From Lama guanicoe (lineage: Eukaryota), in the NCBI GenBank assembly GCA_013239625.1, contig MU053304.1, forward strand, positions 2,666,001-2,730,000: 64,000 bases of DNA, read 5' to 3'. Of the stretch, positions 13,093 to 27,085 are shown in pieces; the stretch's first letter is position 1, and every line of letters starts with the position of its first letter. The translations under genes were made by a program, and so were the position numbers. Under the pieces are notes generated by a model. It was not told the DNA's origin, made no database searches, and was given only the letters and a program-made list of their open reading frames with translations.

Positions 13093-15451
13093 ATTGATAA
13101 ATTGTACAACAATATACAAATAAATAGAATACATCATCATATAGTAGGGTTTATCCCATAAATGAAAGGTTGGTTGGTTGAACATTTGACAAGCAATCAA
13201 TGTAAATCATCATATTAAAGAGAGAGTAAATGACAATAACTATGTGGGCATTTAAATAGATGAAGAAATATCATTTGAAAAAAGAATTAACACCAATTCA
13301 TGAACAAAATAAAAACCTCACAGCAAACTAAGATACCTACATCTTATAAAGAGTATCTATCAACAGTCTATACCTAAAATCATTCTTAATGGTATTGACT
13401 GAATTGTGTACCTAAGTAAGGACAAGGGCAAGGATTCCTGTTTTTACTAATGCTATTAAATGTTACTCTGAGACCCACCCAAGCTACAGCCATAAGTTAG
13501 GGGGAAAAAATCTTAGAAGGATGAAACACTTCCTGATTGTTTTGGGAAGCTGGCATAGCTCAAACATCAAAGCTGAACAAGCACATTATGGAAAAATAAA
13601 ATTACAGATCAATTTCCCTCATAAATATAGGCTTAAAATTCTCAATAATGTGTTAACAAACTGGCTCCAACCACAAATTAAATTCCTTGAAGTTGTATCA
13701 GTACACACACACACACAAACACAGTTGTTCTAGGAACACAAGTTTAGTTTAACATACAAAAATCAGCCAAAATAATTCATTCCTAAGGGAGGAAAAATGA
13801 GAAAATATAATCATCTGAAAAAAGAGAGAAAAATTATTTGGCAAAATTAACATATGTTTACACACCAACACAAAATATATCAGCAAACTAGGAATTAAAA
13901 TAAACTTTCATGTGATAAAGGCATCTAAGAAACACCAAGAGCTGGCATCCTCATTAACAGGGAAATATTGAATGCTTTCCACCTAAGATCAGAAACAAGT
14001 TAAAAATGTTTCTTCTCACAATTATATTCAATACTATACTAAAAGTCCTAAAAATTTACTGATGTTATAATGTTATAAAAATAAGACATAATTGAGGAAA
14101 ACCAATCTATTCTCAGTTGACATGTATGTAGGAAATATGCAAAAGGAATATAAAAAAGTAGTTTAATAAGTTAATTAAGCTAATCTCTTTATGTAAGTAC
14201 AGTATACAAAAATCAATAGTATTTCCATATAGTAAAAATAGAAAATGAAATGACACAAACAGTGCTATTACTAGTTTAAAAACTGGAAGTAAATATAAAG
14301 AAAAATGTGAAGGATGACTATAATAAAAAATTACAAAATATTGCTGAAAAAAATTAAAGAACTAAATAAATGGACAGATATGTCATGCTTCTGGGCTGGA
14401 AGACCAGTGATATCTTCACTATAAAATGTGAAGATACCAATTTCCTCAAAATTCTAAATTATACTCAAAGTTTTAACATTTTTAGTAGCATCTGACAGCT
14501 TGATAATTAAATTTATAGATGTAAATGAATTAAAATACACAAAGCTTTTTAACAAAAGAGCAAATCTTGAGGACTTTATCTCATTTTAAACTTTATAAAT
14601 CTACAGTTGTTAAGAGAAAGTAATACTGACATAAATATGGCTAGACTGACCAAAGGAATCAAATAGAGTCCAGAAATAGATACTCACATATACAGAAAAT
14701 TTTCATCACTGAGGAAAAGAATATCTTTATACCAAATAATGCTATCAGTGGATATCTGCTGGAAAGAAAACAAAACAAAATAAAACATGAACCTTGACCC
14801 CTACCTCACACCATGCATAAAATTTACTTAAAATAGGAGCATGGGACCTTAAGCCAAAAATAAAGCTAATACTATGAGGATCCTAATAGTAAACATAGGA
14901 AAACTATCTTTGCCACTTTGGAGTAGGTGAAGATTTCTTAAATAGATTACATAAAGCACTACCATAAAAGAAAATTATTGATAAACAAGTCTTAATCAAA
15001 AGTGGAAATTATTCACCATAAAAAAGACACAATTAAGAAAATGAAAAGGACAAGCCATAGACTGAGAGAAAGCATTCATAACATATATATAAATACAAAA
15101 ACTACTGGCAGCAGATGCCACAATTTTCCTCATATACAAAGAACTTCTGCCAACTAGTAAGAAACTGATAAGTGTCCCAAAAGGAAACATGGCAAACAGA
15201 CGTAAAATGAGTGTTCACAGAAAGGGACATACAAATGGCTATTGACTATAGCATTAGGTATTCTCAACAATGAAATGAGAAATACAAAACAAACAAACAA
15301 ACCAAAAAAAAAAACCTGAAACACCACTTTTCTTTTAACAGGTTACAAAAAAAAAATGTTAACGTTTATTGATAGGATATTATGAAATAAGCATTAACAA
15401 GTGTCATTGGTGGTAGTTTAATTTCAGGAAAATTGGCACCCTTATAAAATA

Positions 15452-15790
15452 CAGTCCCTCAGTATCTGCTGGAGGTTGTTTCCTGGACCATGGCAGATAC
15501 CAAAATCACGTGCCTCGTATAAATTGCTATAGTATTTGCATATAACCCACCACATCTTTACATGTACTTTAAATAAGTAAATACTTCACTTATAATACCT
15601 AATACAATGTAAATAGTATGTAGATAGTGGTAAATACAATGTAAATACTATTTAAACAGTTGCCAGATCAAATTCAAGTTTGCTTTTTAGAACTTTTTGG
15701 GATTATTTTCCCAAATATTTTTGACATGCTGTTGGTAGAATCTGTTAATTAGATGTCTAATTAACCCAAAGATGCGGAGGGCTGACCATA
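15452..15790 (+). mobile_element. MER2/MER2B TcMar-Tigger non-autonomous DNA transposon
   Basis: ta|cagtccctcagtatctgc...gataccaaaatc...agtatttgcatataacc...acttataatacctaatacaatgtaaat...gatgcggagggctgac. Confidence 0.9.
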
Positions 15791-15859
15791 TCCACTAAAA
15801 TTTAAAAATCACACATACTTCATTACAGCAATTCATAGGTTTATAGCTACATACATACT

Positions 15860-16250
15860 GTTCAGTGTTTTCTCATCAGTAACAGAACACAGATTTGAGT
15901 ACCTGCAGTGAGGACTACATTTCCCAACCTTCCTGGCATCTAAGCATGGCAATGTGAAAAAGTTCTAGGTAATAAAATACAAATGGAATGTTTATTATGT
16001 GGCTAGCAGAAAATTCTTTTCAAAAGATCTGATTCAGCTGGACCAAGCTCTTTTTTTTTTTTTTTGCCTGAAATGGACATGAAAGTTAGAGCTAAACAGG
16101 CTTTATGAATCTTGAGGTGTGATGGAAGGCACAGTCTGATTGTATGGAGGAGCCAAAAGAGATGAATCAACCAACCAGCCTTTCAACCTTATAAGTTTAT
16201 GCCATGTTGTATCTGCTTTTATTGACAGCTCAATGCAATGTCTGACTTAC
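15860..16250 (+). mobile_element. Old MaLR LTR (MLT1J-like)
   Basis: actacatttcccaaccttcctggcatctaagcatggcaatgtga...; ends gtctgacttaca. Confidence 0.7.
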
Positions 16251-17439
16251 AGACCCAACGATTTCATTTGTAGGAAATGATCGTATAAGTATAATTCCAC
16301 ATGTGTGCAATTACAACAATATCAACTATATTTTCATGTATAAATAGACAAAATTTTTCAAAATGCATAAATATCTACCAGTAGAGGACTAATGGAATAA
16401 ATAATGATATATATTCATGTGATATATTAGCAGTTAAAAACAGTGCTGCTTTTTACGACTGACAGGGACTAATCTTTATGATGAATTTGTTAGTAAAGAA
16501 ATAAAATATAGAGATATGTGTAAAAGAGGCTGCTATTTGTGATCTATAACTTAAACAGAAGCATTAATACACATACACACAAACGCACGTGTAAAAACAT
16601 ATACGCTCCCAGCAACAAATCCTACACAGATATGCTAACCAAACATCATAGAGCTACACACACACACACTTTTGTATATGACTAGGCAATTTATAAAAGG
16701 ATCTTCAAGGGACTGTCAACAATGGCAATAGAAGGGTAATTTTTTTGGTAAGGTAGTTTCTCATTATCATGAAAACTTTAAAATCAGATGATTAAAGAAT
16801 AGTAGAAGCCATCATAATGCCATGAAAAATATCATCAATGACTTCTCATTCTGTAATACTTCTCGACATTCCTCTTTGATTAAAACAATTGATCTTCCTG
16901 CTCATTGAATTAATACCTTTGTTTATTAGCCTCTTGCTTATAATAGGACTTTTCGAAAATGAGAAGTATAAAGCAAATCAACTGAAAAGTAAAATGGAAA
17001 ACTTGTAAATGATGCAAGATTTCCTCAGCCAATGCAAATCATAGTGAAGCCGGTTCTAATCAGCAGCAATGTCAGGAACAAATGAAGATCCAGCATTTTT
17101 CTAGGTAATCATAGCAGAAGAGAAAGGATGCGGGCAATGCAACTAGTGTGATGAAAAGTAGAGTAATTTAAATCGGAAAGGTGAAGGGTAGTCATATATT
17201 AGTCAAATCTACTCATGTGGTGTTTTATTTTGTGGAACAAAATGTAAAGTAAAAGATGTCCTGTTGTGTTTACATACAATTTTGAAGTGAATATTACTCT
17301 GAAAAGAAAAAAAAATCAATACATGGCTTATTTGAAGAATTAATTATATGATTGCAATTGTAATTTTTGGCTAAATAAAAGATATAACATGCATTTAACT
17401 TTCAAACCAAGTCACAATCAGCTTTTTCTTTATATAGTA

Positions 17440-17627
17440 TAGAATTGCCAGATTACTTAAATTTGATTTTCATATAAACCATGAAAAAAGTTTAGTATCA
17501 GTATATTCCATATGTGTATCTTATGCAATGTTCACATGGAACTGAAACTACAAATATTATTAGTTGTTTTTCTGACATTCTAATTCATTCGGTGTCCTGT
17601 ATTTATATATAGTAAATCTGGCAGCCT
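17440..17627. mobile_element. MER53 palindromic MITE
   Basis: ttgccagatt...aaatttgattttcatataaac...gtgtcctgtattt...aaatctggcagcc inverted ends. Confidence 0.8.
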
Positions 17628-20600
17628 CATGATAATATGTTTGTTCCTATTTTAATTGGATTTTGCTTGCATCATTTTCCTAGTACCAATTATCTCAGGA
17701 AAAGGAGAATTTTTTGAATTATATTTAAAGGCTAGAAGGAAATATCATCAGAACCTTTTTTTGTACTTTCCTGTATTGTCCAAAGTTTCTGCAAGGAATA
17801 AGTATGACACTTCAATTCAGAAAAATGGTGCTTCAAAGCAAAATAACAAAACAACGTGCTAGACTAGCCAGAAATGCCTAGAGTCTAAAGGGAGTTAGTT
17901 CAATTACAGAGGCAACATATTTAAAAAGAAAATAAATAAGCTACAGATTGGGGGATGTGACAGAAAGCAAATATGTTCTTTTTCTTTCCTTTTATTGCAT
18001 TTTTTTATGGTTTCAGGCAGTCTTTTGGTTTGAACTCTCTGTAAACTTATAAAATGTGTTTACACTTTCACACCCCAATAAAGTGAGAAATAGACTGAAC
18101 AGACTAATAAAGAGTGACATTGTGTATGGGTCGAAACATTTAATAAAGGGTAAAATTTGTACAGTACAGTGTATTTTAAAATATACATGAGCATTAATAA
18201 AAACACATGAAGGAGAATAATGTTAAATAAATTGCAGATATGTATTAGTATCTTCGGTTACTAAGTCCTGTTTACAAATTTATTTTAATATTAATCATTT
18301 TGAATTGACCCATGGCTTCCCTGAGTGCCTACAATTATACTTGTAACATAGAAGTTTATCAGTCAATGTTCGCTGAGCCACTGATGAACTCATAATAAAG
18401 GAACAAACTGCATAAAAACTGCATAAAAATGGGGTATGTGGATGTTTCAGTGTTAAGATACCAGTGCTGGTCAATAGTTGCTTTACATGTTATATGAGTT
18501 ACTGGATCTCAGCTCTGTATAATTACAACTAGAATAAAATACATTTTCACAGAAACAAACTGCTAACTCACACACCATGACGGAAACTTCTTATACTTCC
18601 CAGATAGAATTGAATACTGAAAAATAATTCAATATTATGCTCATTATATATGATGAAATATCTCTGGAAACTTTCTAAGTTGTTCATATCACAATATCTG
18701 GAAGTCAGCTTGAAGACTTTCTTTAATTATTCTCCTGATGGTCTCTCTAATATTTATCAGGCAATAGTAGATTCACTCAGTCATTCATTTTGCAGTATGG
18801 CGTGTGTCACACTAAGAATCATGTAGACAAATAAGGTTAATTTTTGTCAACCTACTTGGTTTGCATTTTCCTTGCTAGGATAATTTTACTTTGTATATTA
18901 TCATCAGCAATTGTGTTGATGCCCATGGCTGTTACAACACACAGCTGGTACTGAAGTGTTCTGCAGAATTGAGGTGGAAAATACTCTACTTAGTGATGTG
19001 AGTACAATCTCAAGCATAATGTTTTTTGTGACCTCATACAGCTTTTACCAACTTTCCACAATTGAATTTTTAATGTATCTTGTACTCACTCTCTTAAAGG
19101 TTGCTTCTGGTAATTTGAACGGCAGGACATATTTTCTTAATTATATTTTAGTGAACAACCATTATGTCAGAAACCAGCTACAATAAAAATGCAGATGTAT
19201 CTGCTTGCATCATAATTAACATTTTTTCCCATTTCAGTAGTAATTACTTGAACGCAAAATGGAAAAGGTTTGGCTTTGATTCTCCTTTTTTTTTCCGAAT
19301 TATTTGTATATTGAATTTTGATTTTGCTTTTAAAACATCATACAGGAGGGATAATCTGCAACAGAGTTCCAATAGTAACTTCTTTTGTTTTGTTTTGCTG
19401 AATATTTCAAATTGTCTTTTAAAAAAATTAAAGGATAACATTTTGAAGGGATTTTTTGTTTAGACCAGTGATGATAGTTTTTCTGATGCCATTAACACTT
19501 TTAAAATTTCATCTAAAGAAAGAAATCCACAAAATCATCAATAACCTAGACTTTCCCTCCTGTTTTGGTCTCAGACCTTTTATCCCAAGCATCACTGCCA
19601 GCAAATGCTTCTTCTTTGGAAAGGCTGAGAAGGTTCAAGCTACGCCAGGGCTATTGGCTACAAGTGGCGAGGACTGAATTGTTTCATGGGTTGGAATATA
19701 CACAGAATATGTCTTACCACAAAGATGTCTCCAAATGTAAACTACGCCCAGACATTCCAAGAACAAGTAATTACAAAGGATGTGAACAGCAACCATGCTT
19801 GCTTCTGAGTATTGCATACTGAGTCTATGAAATAGAAATGTTTGTCCTTATGGAATGCTGAAAGTAAGGCCTCAAAGTGGACTTGTTGATATGGAGAGGG
19901 GGCACATGGTGAGGTGATATTTGAGCTTATACCCTTTGTAGCTTTCCTACGGATCACATTTTCTTTACCAAACAACATTTGTATGTATAAACTTAGTGTC
20001 TATTTTCAAGGGTGTCTGTGTCTGTGCTCAAGTCAGATTATCAGCTCAGCTCTATTATTTTTTCCTATGTGAACTGAACTAGTTTTGGGGTGAGAGTTAT
20101 CGCCTTCTTGCTTGGGAATTAATGATGCGTGAAGGACTTAATAGCCAAACGGTATCCAATCCTCCTGAGGATACTGTGTTGAAATAAAAGCTGTTTTATT
20201 TTGGAAATCTGTTGCACTATGCGAAATGACTGTGCCTAGGGTGTTTCTTCTGTCACTTTAATCTATCACATAAATTAGTTTTTCAGACACTTTAAGTTAG
20301 CACAAAAATAGAGCTATCTCACCATGAAAGAGAGCTGACTTTTAGATGACCCTGGGATGCAGAGAAGTACCACCCCACCCCCCCAGACTGCAGCTCTGGG
20401 ACAGCCCAGTCAAACTGGTATTTAAAGATTCAGTGAAAAGGACATAAGAAAGTACCAAATAGACAAAATGATGGTGTGCACATGTGATATTTCTGCAAGA
20501 CAGTGTGACACATTTTCACAAAATAGGAATGTGTCATCAAGCAGCTAATAAATCAGTCTTCTCACTTCTTTTGGCTTGAAAGTTGCACCTGTTAAAATCA

Positions 20601-20949
20601 GCAGCTCAGTCCTTCCTAACTTCCTACTGAAACAGCAACAAGAAAACCAAGACCTGACACCACTCAGAACTGGGATCGAGAGTTAGTTGGTTTCCAAAAT
20701 CTTCAGGAAATCTACAGTAGTCATAAAAGCCACAGTCGAGCAAATAGCACTAAGTTGAGGCATCTATTAGATGATTCCACACAGGCTTCCAGACAAGAAG
20801 CAGAACTTTGATCTAGAAAGAAGGAAGGAATCTTGGGATCTGCCCATTGATTTGAATACACCTCCTCTGCCCTTCAGGGTTTTCTGTTTGTGGGACACGA
20901 AGCTGATCTGACTTTTATTTCATAACCACTAACCTCAAAGAGGCTCTCA

Positions 20950-21344
20950 CTGATGCCTTTCCACTCTAGTGCATTTTCTTGGCTACTTATTCTCTCACTG
21001 TTTCATAAAACTACTTCACACATTCTCTTCTTTTTTCAATCTCCAGGATCCCCTTACCTCCTCATTTTACATGAGGATCCTTCTTATTTCACAGAGAAAA
21101 TGGAAATAGTGAGAAGTGACTTTCCACAGGTTTCCATCACAACACTGACTGATCCATTCATACGTGTGTCCATTTTCTCTTTTTCCTGCAGTATTACAGT
21201 GCATGAATTGTTCATCAGGCCCCAGACTCTCTCAAGGACCCACTTTGCAATTAGTCCTCCTCTCTCTTTTATTGTCGAATTTCTCTCTGCATAAAATTTT
21301 CATCTACATAAAAACATGTTATAAGAAATTTTTTTCTTTAAATA

Positions 21345-21383
<39 letters not shown>

Positions 21384-21600
21384 TTCCTTAATCTCATTTC
21401 TTCTCCAGCCACGGTCACATCTCTATGCTCCTATTTAATGAACAGATCTTTGAATGTAGCTGTTTATAACTTTGTCTCCATGTGTCTTCTTTCATTTGCT
21501 CTTAATTGCACTCCAATAAAACTAATTCTGTTAAGGTCACCAGTAGGTCTATGTTGCTGAAGGCAAATAATTAACTCCCACTACTGACATTACTCAAGCC
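20950..21600 (+). mobile_element. L2 LINE fragment
   Basis: cttatttcacagagaaaatggaaatag; aaaactaattctgttaaggtcaccagt. Confidence 0.75.
21347..21382. repeat. (CA)18 microsatellite
   Basis: Directly visible. Confidence 0.98.
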
Positions 21601-21609
21601 TTAATTATT

Positions 21610-23405
21610 ATCCACATAATGAAAAAGCCTTAAAATATGTTAAAATTCACAAATCTGCAAATATCTACAACCTGACAGAACTAAAAGGAGAAATAGACAA
21701 ATGCATGTTGTACTGGGAGATTTTACCACACCTCTGTCAGTAACTGGGGGTTCAAGTAAAAAAGGAAAAGCAAGTATTTAAAATTCTGAACATCTCCATT
21801 CATAAAGAAGACTCAACTGAAATTTTATAGTGTAGAATACAGATTATTTTCAAGGGCACAAATAACACCCAGATTATATGTTTGAAGGTCAATACATATC
21901 TTAATAAACATAAAAGAATGATAAACCAGAGTACATATTCATGTCACAGAAAAAATAAGAAATCAATGACAAAAGATATTTTAAAATATCAAATGTTTAG
22001 ACACTAAGAAATACACAGCTAGATAACTCTGGATTGGAAAAAGCAATTAAATGCGAGTTAGAAAATTCTTAAGTAATTATGAAAAAAACAGAACGTGTAG
22101 AATGCAACTAAGCAATGCTAAGAGGAAAATGCTTTGGGTGCATAATTAGAAGAGAGTGAGGCTGAAAAAAAATTAATGATCTATGTATCTCAAGAATTTA
22201 GGAAAAGGACAGCAAGTTAGCCCAAAGAATGTAGACAGAAAGACATAATAAGGACAAAAGCAGAAATCAGAGAGGTAGGAAACAAATACGCATGGGAGGA
22301 AATCAACAAATCCAAAGTGTTATATATAATATATTATATATATAATATAATATAATATATATATATTATATATTATATACAATGTATATAATAACCCTCA
22401 TAAATGTCATAAATCTCTGGAGAGGCTAATCTAAAAAAGAAGAGAAAGGAGAGAAGATGGAGGAAAAAGGGAGAGAAGAGTGGAGAGGGAAGGACAGAGA
22501 GAGTGAAAGTGCTCAGATTACAAGTATCAGAAATATAAAGAAGGCACGTCTATCTACATGTGGGTATTTGTGATAGAAAACATTTGAGAATAATGTAAAT
22601 ATGAGTATTTGATTCTATGTCAATATTTTAAAATTTTGATAAAATGTTTAAGTTCTTAAGAAAAAAATAACAGCAGTGCTGACCTAAAATGAATAAAAAA
22701 TATAAATAAACTTTCATATATAAAACACAAATTGATTCTGACAATCAAAATCATTAAGAGCTGAGTAAACTGAATCTAGCAATGTATAAAAAGAATAATA
22801 CATCACAACAAGGTGGAGTTTATCCTAAAATGCGAAACTGCCCTAACATTTTGAAATCTAATGTTATTCTTGACATTAACTCAGTGAAAAAAAAAAAAGA
22901 AAGAAAGAAAAGAAAAGTGTTGCAAACATCTGAAAAAGTACAGAAAAGGCACTTTAGTCATCAGAAAAGCTCTTAACACACTAGGAACAGAAGATAACTC
23001 TCTAATCTCATAAAGAGTATCTATGGAATTCTATAGAAAAAAATCATGCTTGATGGTGACGTGTTTATAGCTTTCCCATGAGACTGAAAATATTCCCTTA
23101 ACATCAGTTGTATTTGACATCATACTAAAGGTCCTTGCAGTGGTATAAGACCTGAAAAAGAAATAATATTTCTGGTGATTGGAAAGGAAGAAATAATTTG
23201 AAGACTAGTAACTGGGTGCATAGAAAATCAAAAGAATAATTTATTAAAATTAAGATGTAAATTTACCAATAGACCTAGTATCAATACGTAAAGATCATTT
23301 GTATTCTTATATAATGGCAACAAATAACCAATAAAATATTCAAAGCATTACTGTTTAATCAGCATCCAAAAGAAAAAAGAATATCAAATATTTAGAAATA
23401 CATCC
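21610..23405 (+). mobile_element. Old L1M ORF2 fragment (EN to RT)
   Basis: acagaactaaaaggagaaatagacaaat; gaaatcaacaaatccaaag; gattggaaaggaagaaataa; heavily decayed. Confidence 0.8.
22321..22392. repeat. AT-only low-complexity tract with palindromes
   Basis: TATATATAATATATTATATATA (22321-22342) is a perfect 22-bp palindrome. Confidence 0.9.
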
Positions 23406-23414
23406 AGTGAGAGA

Positions 23415-24880
23415 GTTCTACTTTGTCTAACATGTAGAAAGCTAGAAAACATGGCTGTCCTAAACCAACAACAAGAAAAATCCAGGTGAATTACAAAGTC
23501 ATAGATTTTGGGAAGCCCTCTGAGATCTGAGGTCACTGAGTAACAAAGTAGCAGGGAATCCAGTGGGACACTGGCTTCTCACAAAGGAAAGGGGAGGTGG
23601 GGCTGGCCCACCGTAGCAGGCACGGGAGGAAGAGGTGCAGTCACCATCTCAGAAGCAGGTAAGAAGAAATCAGCTAACTCATTGCTGCTAAAGCAAAGTT
23701 AGAAGGAAAAAAAAAAAAAAACCCTGTACCTCTGAGTGATGCGCAGAAAATCATCCTGGGCCCGATATCACTAGTGATCTCCTGTAGCCAGGGAAGAGGC
23801 AGGAGCACCTCTCCTGCATAAGAAATGCCACGATACAAATCAGAGTGTGACTGGCATGAAGAAGGAAAGCAGAAAGGCTTAGATTACCTCTCCTGCAAAG
23901 CCCAGGCACACAGGTCTACCTAAGTTTGAGGATAAACCCGGACAACAGAGAACAGTCCCATGCCGCCCACCACCAGCCTAGGGAGCACAGAGGGGCGAGA
24001 AAACGGACACGGATTCTCCCTGAGGTGTGGTCACTCAGTGAGGGTTCAGCACAAACACTGGCACCTCAGCCCACAGCCTAAGCTCAGAGCAACGTAGAGA
24101 AACCTGAAGCTCTTGTGTGCTGAAAGTTACCATAGCAACTGCAGAATCCAAACTCAGCACAACTTTTGACTACCCAGCACTCCACACAAATAGCCTGAAA
24201 GAAGAACAGAAAAATCCCCTTTCTGGGTATAAATGTTTTTTACCTCAGTCCTTACTATTATCCTACACACAATGTCTGGGATTCCACCCAAACTCATGAG
24301 AGGTATAAAAATGTAAAGATAGATAAAAAACAAATTTCTTATGTATAGCACAGGGAACTATACTCAATACTTTGTAATAACCTTTAATGAAAAAGAGTAT
24401 GAAAACAAATATATGTATGTATATGCATGACTGGGACATTGTGCTGTGCACCAGAAATTGACACATTGTAACTGACGGTACTTCAATTAAAAGAAGAAAG
24501 AAAGGGAAAAAAAAACCCCACTGTGGAGGTACTTTGACCATCTGCAAAACCAGACTTCGGATCACCCAGATGTTAGAACTCTCAGAGAGGGAGTTGAAAA
24601 TAACTGTGATGACTGTGTTAAAGATTTAGTGGAAAAAGGGGGATATCATGCACAAACAGTTTGGAAATTTCAGCAGAGGGATGAAAATGATATGAGTGAA
24701 TGGAAAAAAAGTGCATTCCTTCAATAGCTCATAACAGATTTGTCACAGCTGAGGAAATAATCAGTGGATTTGAGGATCTATTAATAGAAATTATTCAAGT
24801 TAAAATGCACACACATTCCCACACACACACACAAGGCAGTGGGGAAAAAAAAAAAAGAAAGAAAAGGGCCTCTAAAGACT
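23415..24880 (+). mobile_element. Old L1M 5' UTR and ORF1 remnant, interrupted by a younger L1 3' end
   Basis: GC-richer 5'-UTR-like block followed by ORF1-like cagatgttagaactctcagagagggagttgaaaataactgtga...ttaatagaaattattcaa. Confidence 0.6.
24305..24515 (+). mobile_element. Camelid/artiodactyl L1 3' end (older subfamily)
   Basis: tgtatagcacagggaactatactcaatac...ctgggacattgtgctgtgcaccagaaattgacacattgtaactgac, then A-rich tail; homologous to 39.95-40.14 kb. Confidence 0.9.
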
Positions 24881-25239
24881 GAAGAACGATGAGAAATGGT
24901 GGCACACACACATCATCCGTGTCCTGGAAACAGAAAAGCAAGGGAATGAGGCAGTAAGAAACCGGACAGTTAGCAGTGAAGGCTGGTGGTCCCTGAGGGA
25001 GGAGAAGCAAGTGAGGGGGGGTGGTCCTCCTACTTGCCCAGTTTTCTGTTTCAAGACCACAGCAAAGAGTTGGAGTCTGGAGACTGAGGTGCCACACTTC
25101 CCAGGGCAAAACCCTGGAGAGGAGGGAGCTGCACAGAGAGGAGCTTAGGAGATGAGCAGAAGGGAGCCCTGGGGTCTGAGGCCTGGTGGACACATGCAGG
25201 TGCAGGAGCTAACCAAACGCAGGGAAAGAAACACGGGAC

Positions 25240-25605
25240 ATTTCTGGGATTTCTCTTATTTTCTTAGGGAAATGTCCTACATTCTCAGGCCCCCAAGACG
25301 TCCGCTTTGTCTTAGCCCTAGTCCGTGTACTGGGGAGTGGACTTGGGGGCCCCTCAGGGCAGAAGGCCATTAAGGTGTGGGTCTTACCCCCTGGCTTTCC
25401 CTTCTCTCAAAGTCCTTCTGATTTCTGCCTTCTATTCATCACTCTCCAGTACCTTCAAATAGTTGCTTTTTATATTTTGTCTTAAGTTTTTTTTTCCATT
25501 TGCTTGTCATCATTTTTGGTCATTTTTTTCATCATTTTCATCATTTTTGTCAGCAGAAGGGTTGATTTGACATGTTACTCTGCCATTATGGAATCTTGAA
25601 GTCCC
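25240..25605 (-). mobile_element. Old L1ME 5'-end fragment
   Basis: cttcaaatagttgctttttatattttgtc...cagcagaagggttgatttgacatgttactctgccatta. Confidence 0.6.
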
Positions 25606-26516
25606 TGCCCTTGAAAATGCTTAAAACACTGACTGAATTTGTTTTTTGCCATTAGACCGTTATTGCCAAGTTATGTACTGTCGAGTGATTTGATCAAGTT
25701 GGCACCCAATGGCATATCCACTGTTGTCATTCACTTGTTTGTTTTCAGGAGGCTTTAAATAAATAAGTGGGACTCACTCAGGGAATGCCTCTAATTTAGA
25801 AGCCTTCAGCCAACACCAGGGGCATTGTTGAGGCTCCTGGAGTTTTGCAACTGCACAAACACTAAATGAAAAATTTGACTGCATTTCTTGTTGGCAAGAG
25901 CTGAAGTTTTTATATTCTTGGGAAAACTGTTCGGAGAATTTCCCAACAAGTCAGTACTTCCAGCAGTTGTGCTTCCTCTGCTCTGGAAAGTTCCTACCTA
26001 AAAAGTAAAGGCTCTCTAGCCTCTCCTTTTCCGTTCACATAAGAATACCCTGATGAATCTCAGAACCCTTTATTTATACAAAAAGGATGTGTAATACTGT
26101 ATGAGATGTTCATTTATTTACTTTGTAGATCTTAAGTGCCTGCTCTGCATCAGGAACCACAGTAAAAGTTATAATGTATTTGTATATATGTCCTCTTGAT
26201 TAAGAATATCATTTTAGATATCAAGAATTTCATTACTCTTAACAGGCCGTACAGCTATTGTGAATCTCTGTATTAAATCACTGAAAAAAATAACCCATAT
26301 ATGCAAAAATTCTTCATGACATCTACAGATATAAAAGCTGTTGAGAGTTCTGAAAGCCTAGATTTTCACACTGAGTTAGGAATAGTCTTGTAATTAGAAA
26401 GTGGCAGCCAGTTTTTAAATAAAGAAGAATGAAAAAGTTTGGATAAGCTGTACACTTTCCCCAGATGTCCAAATTCTTTCCACTAGCTTTCATTTTGCAG
26501 GAATTTAGCTCATCAG

Positions 26517-26950
26517 TGTAGGGGAGTAGAATTTGCCACCCCTAAATGTGTCTCCCTGGCATGAGAATTAATTTAGTCTAATTTATTTTCAAGAAATAAA
26601 ACTCAGAAGTTTGTCTTGTTATTACCCCCCAACTACCTAAAAGAATTTAGATAAAGGACCCTAGATCAACCACCAGAGATATCTGCAAAGAGTACAAGCT
26701 AGGTGTGTTTGAGGTACTGGAACTCAGCAGGGACTAGAGATCAGAGTCCTCTCTATGTCCTATTGTCTCTGCTTGGCCCAGCAAACATTTGGCCAAACAT
26801 TTAATATTCCATCATGTGAATTGCCTTCCTCCTCTTTGAAGTCCCAAACCACTACCCCAACATCCTCTTTTGTCTTTGGTGAGGATTTCAGCCGCTTTGA
26901 GTAGTTACTCAGTCTCTCAAGAAATTTCTCTTAGAGCTCTCTGACGCCAG
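26517..26950 (+). mobile_element. ERV1 LTR, MER34/MER39-like
   Basis: Starts tgtaggggagtagaatttgccacccctaaatgtgtctccctggcatgag; 3' limit uncertain. Confidence 0.7.
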
Positions 26951-27085
26951 ATAGTATATAGACAAAAATCTGCATTCTTACTTAGAGAAAAAAATGTGAG
27001 CATGTATTAGCATTTTGGAGCTTCTTGGTGGAATGAAAAAGTCAGCATATGTATAGATGAATACAAAAATGACTGATCCATCCCA

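Larger units (their letters stand above)
11990..16750 (+). mobile_element. Old L1M ORF2 and 3' region; at least two decayed copies with nested insertions
   Basis: A-rich ORF2 motifs (gatgaaatggacaaattctt; cagcaaactaggaat; gaactaaataaatggacagata; gagtccagaaatagatactcacata). The RT region appears twice (13.1-13.5 kb and 13.6-14.05 kb). Many stops and frameshifts. Confidence 0.85.
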
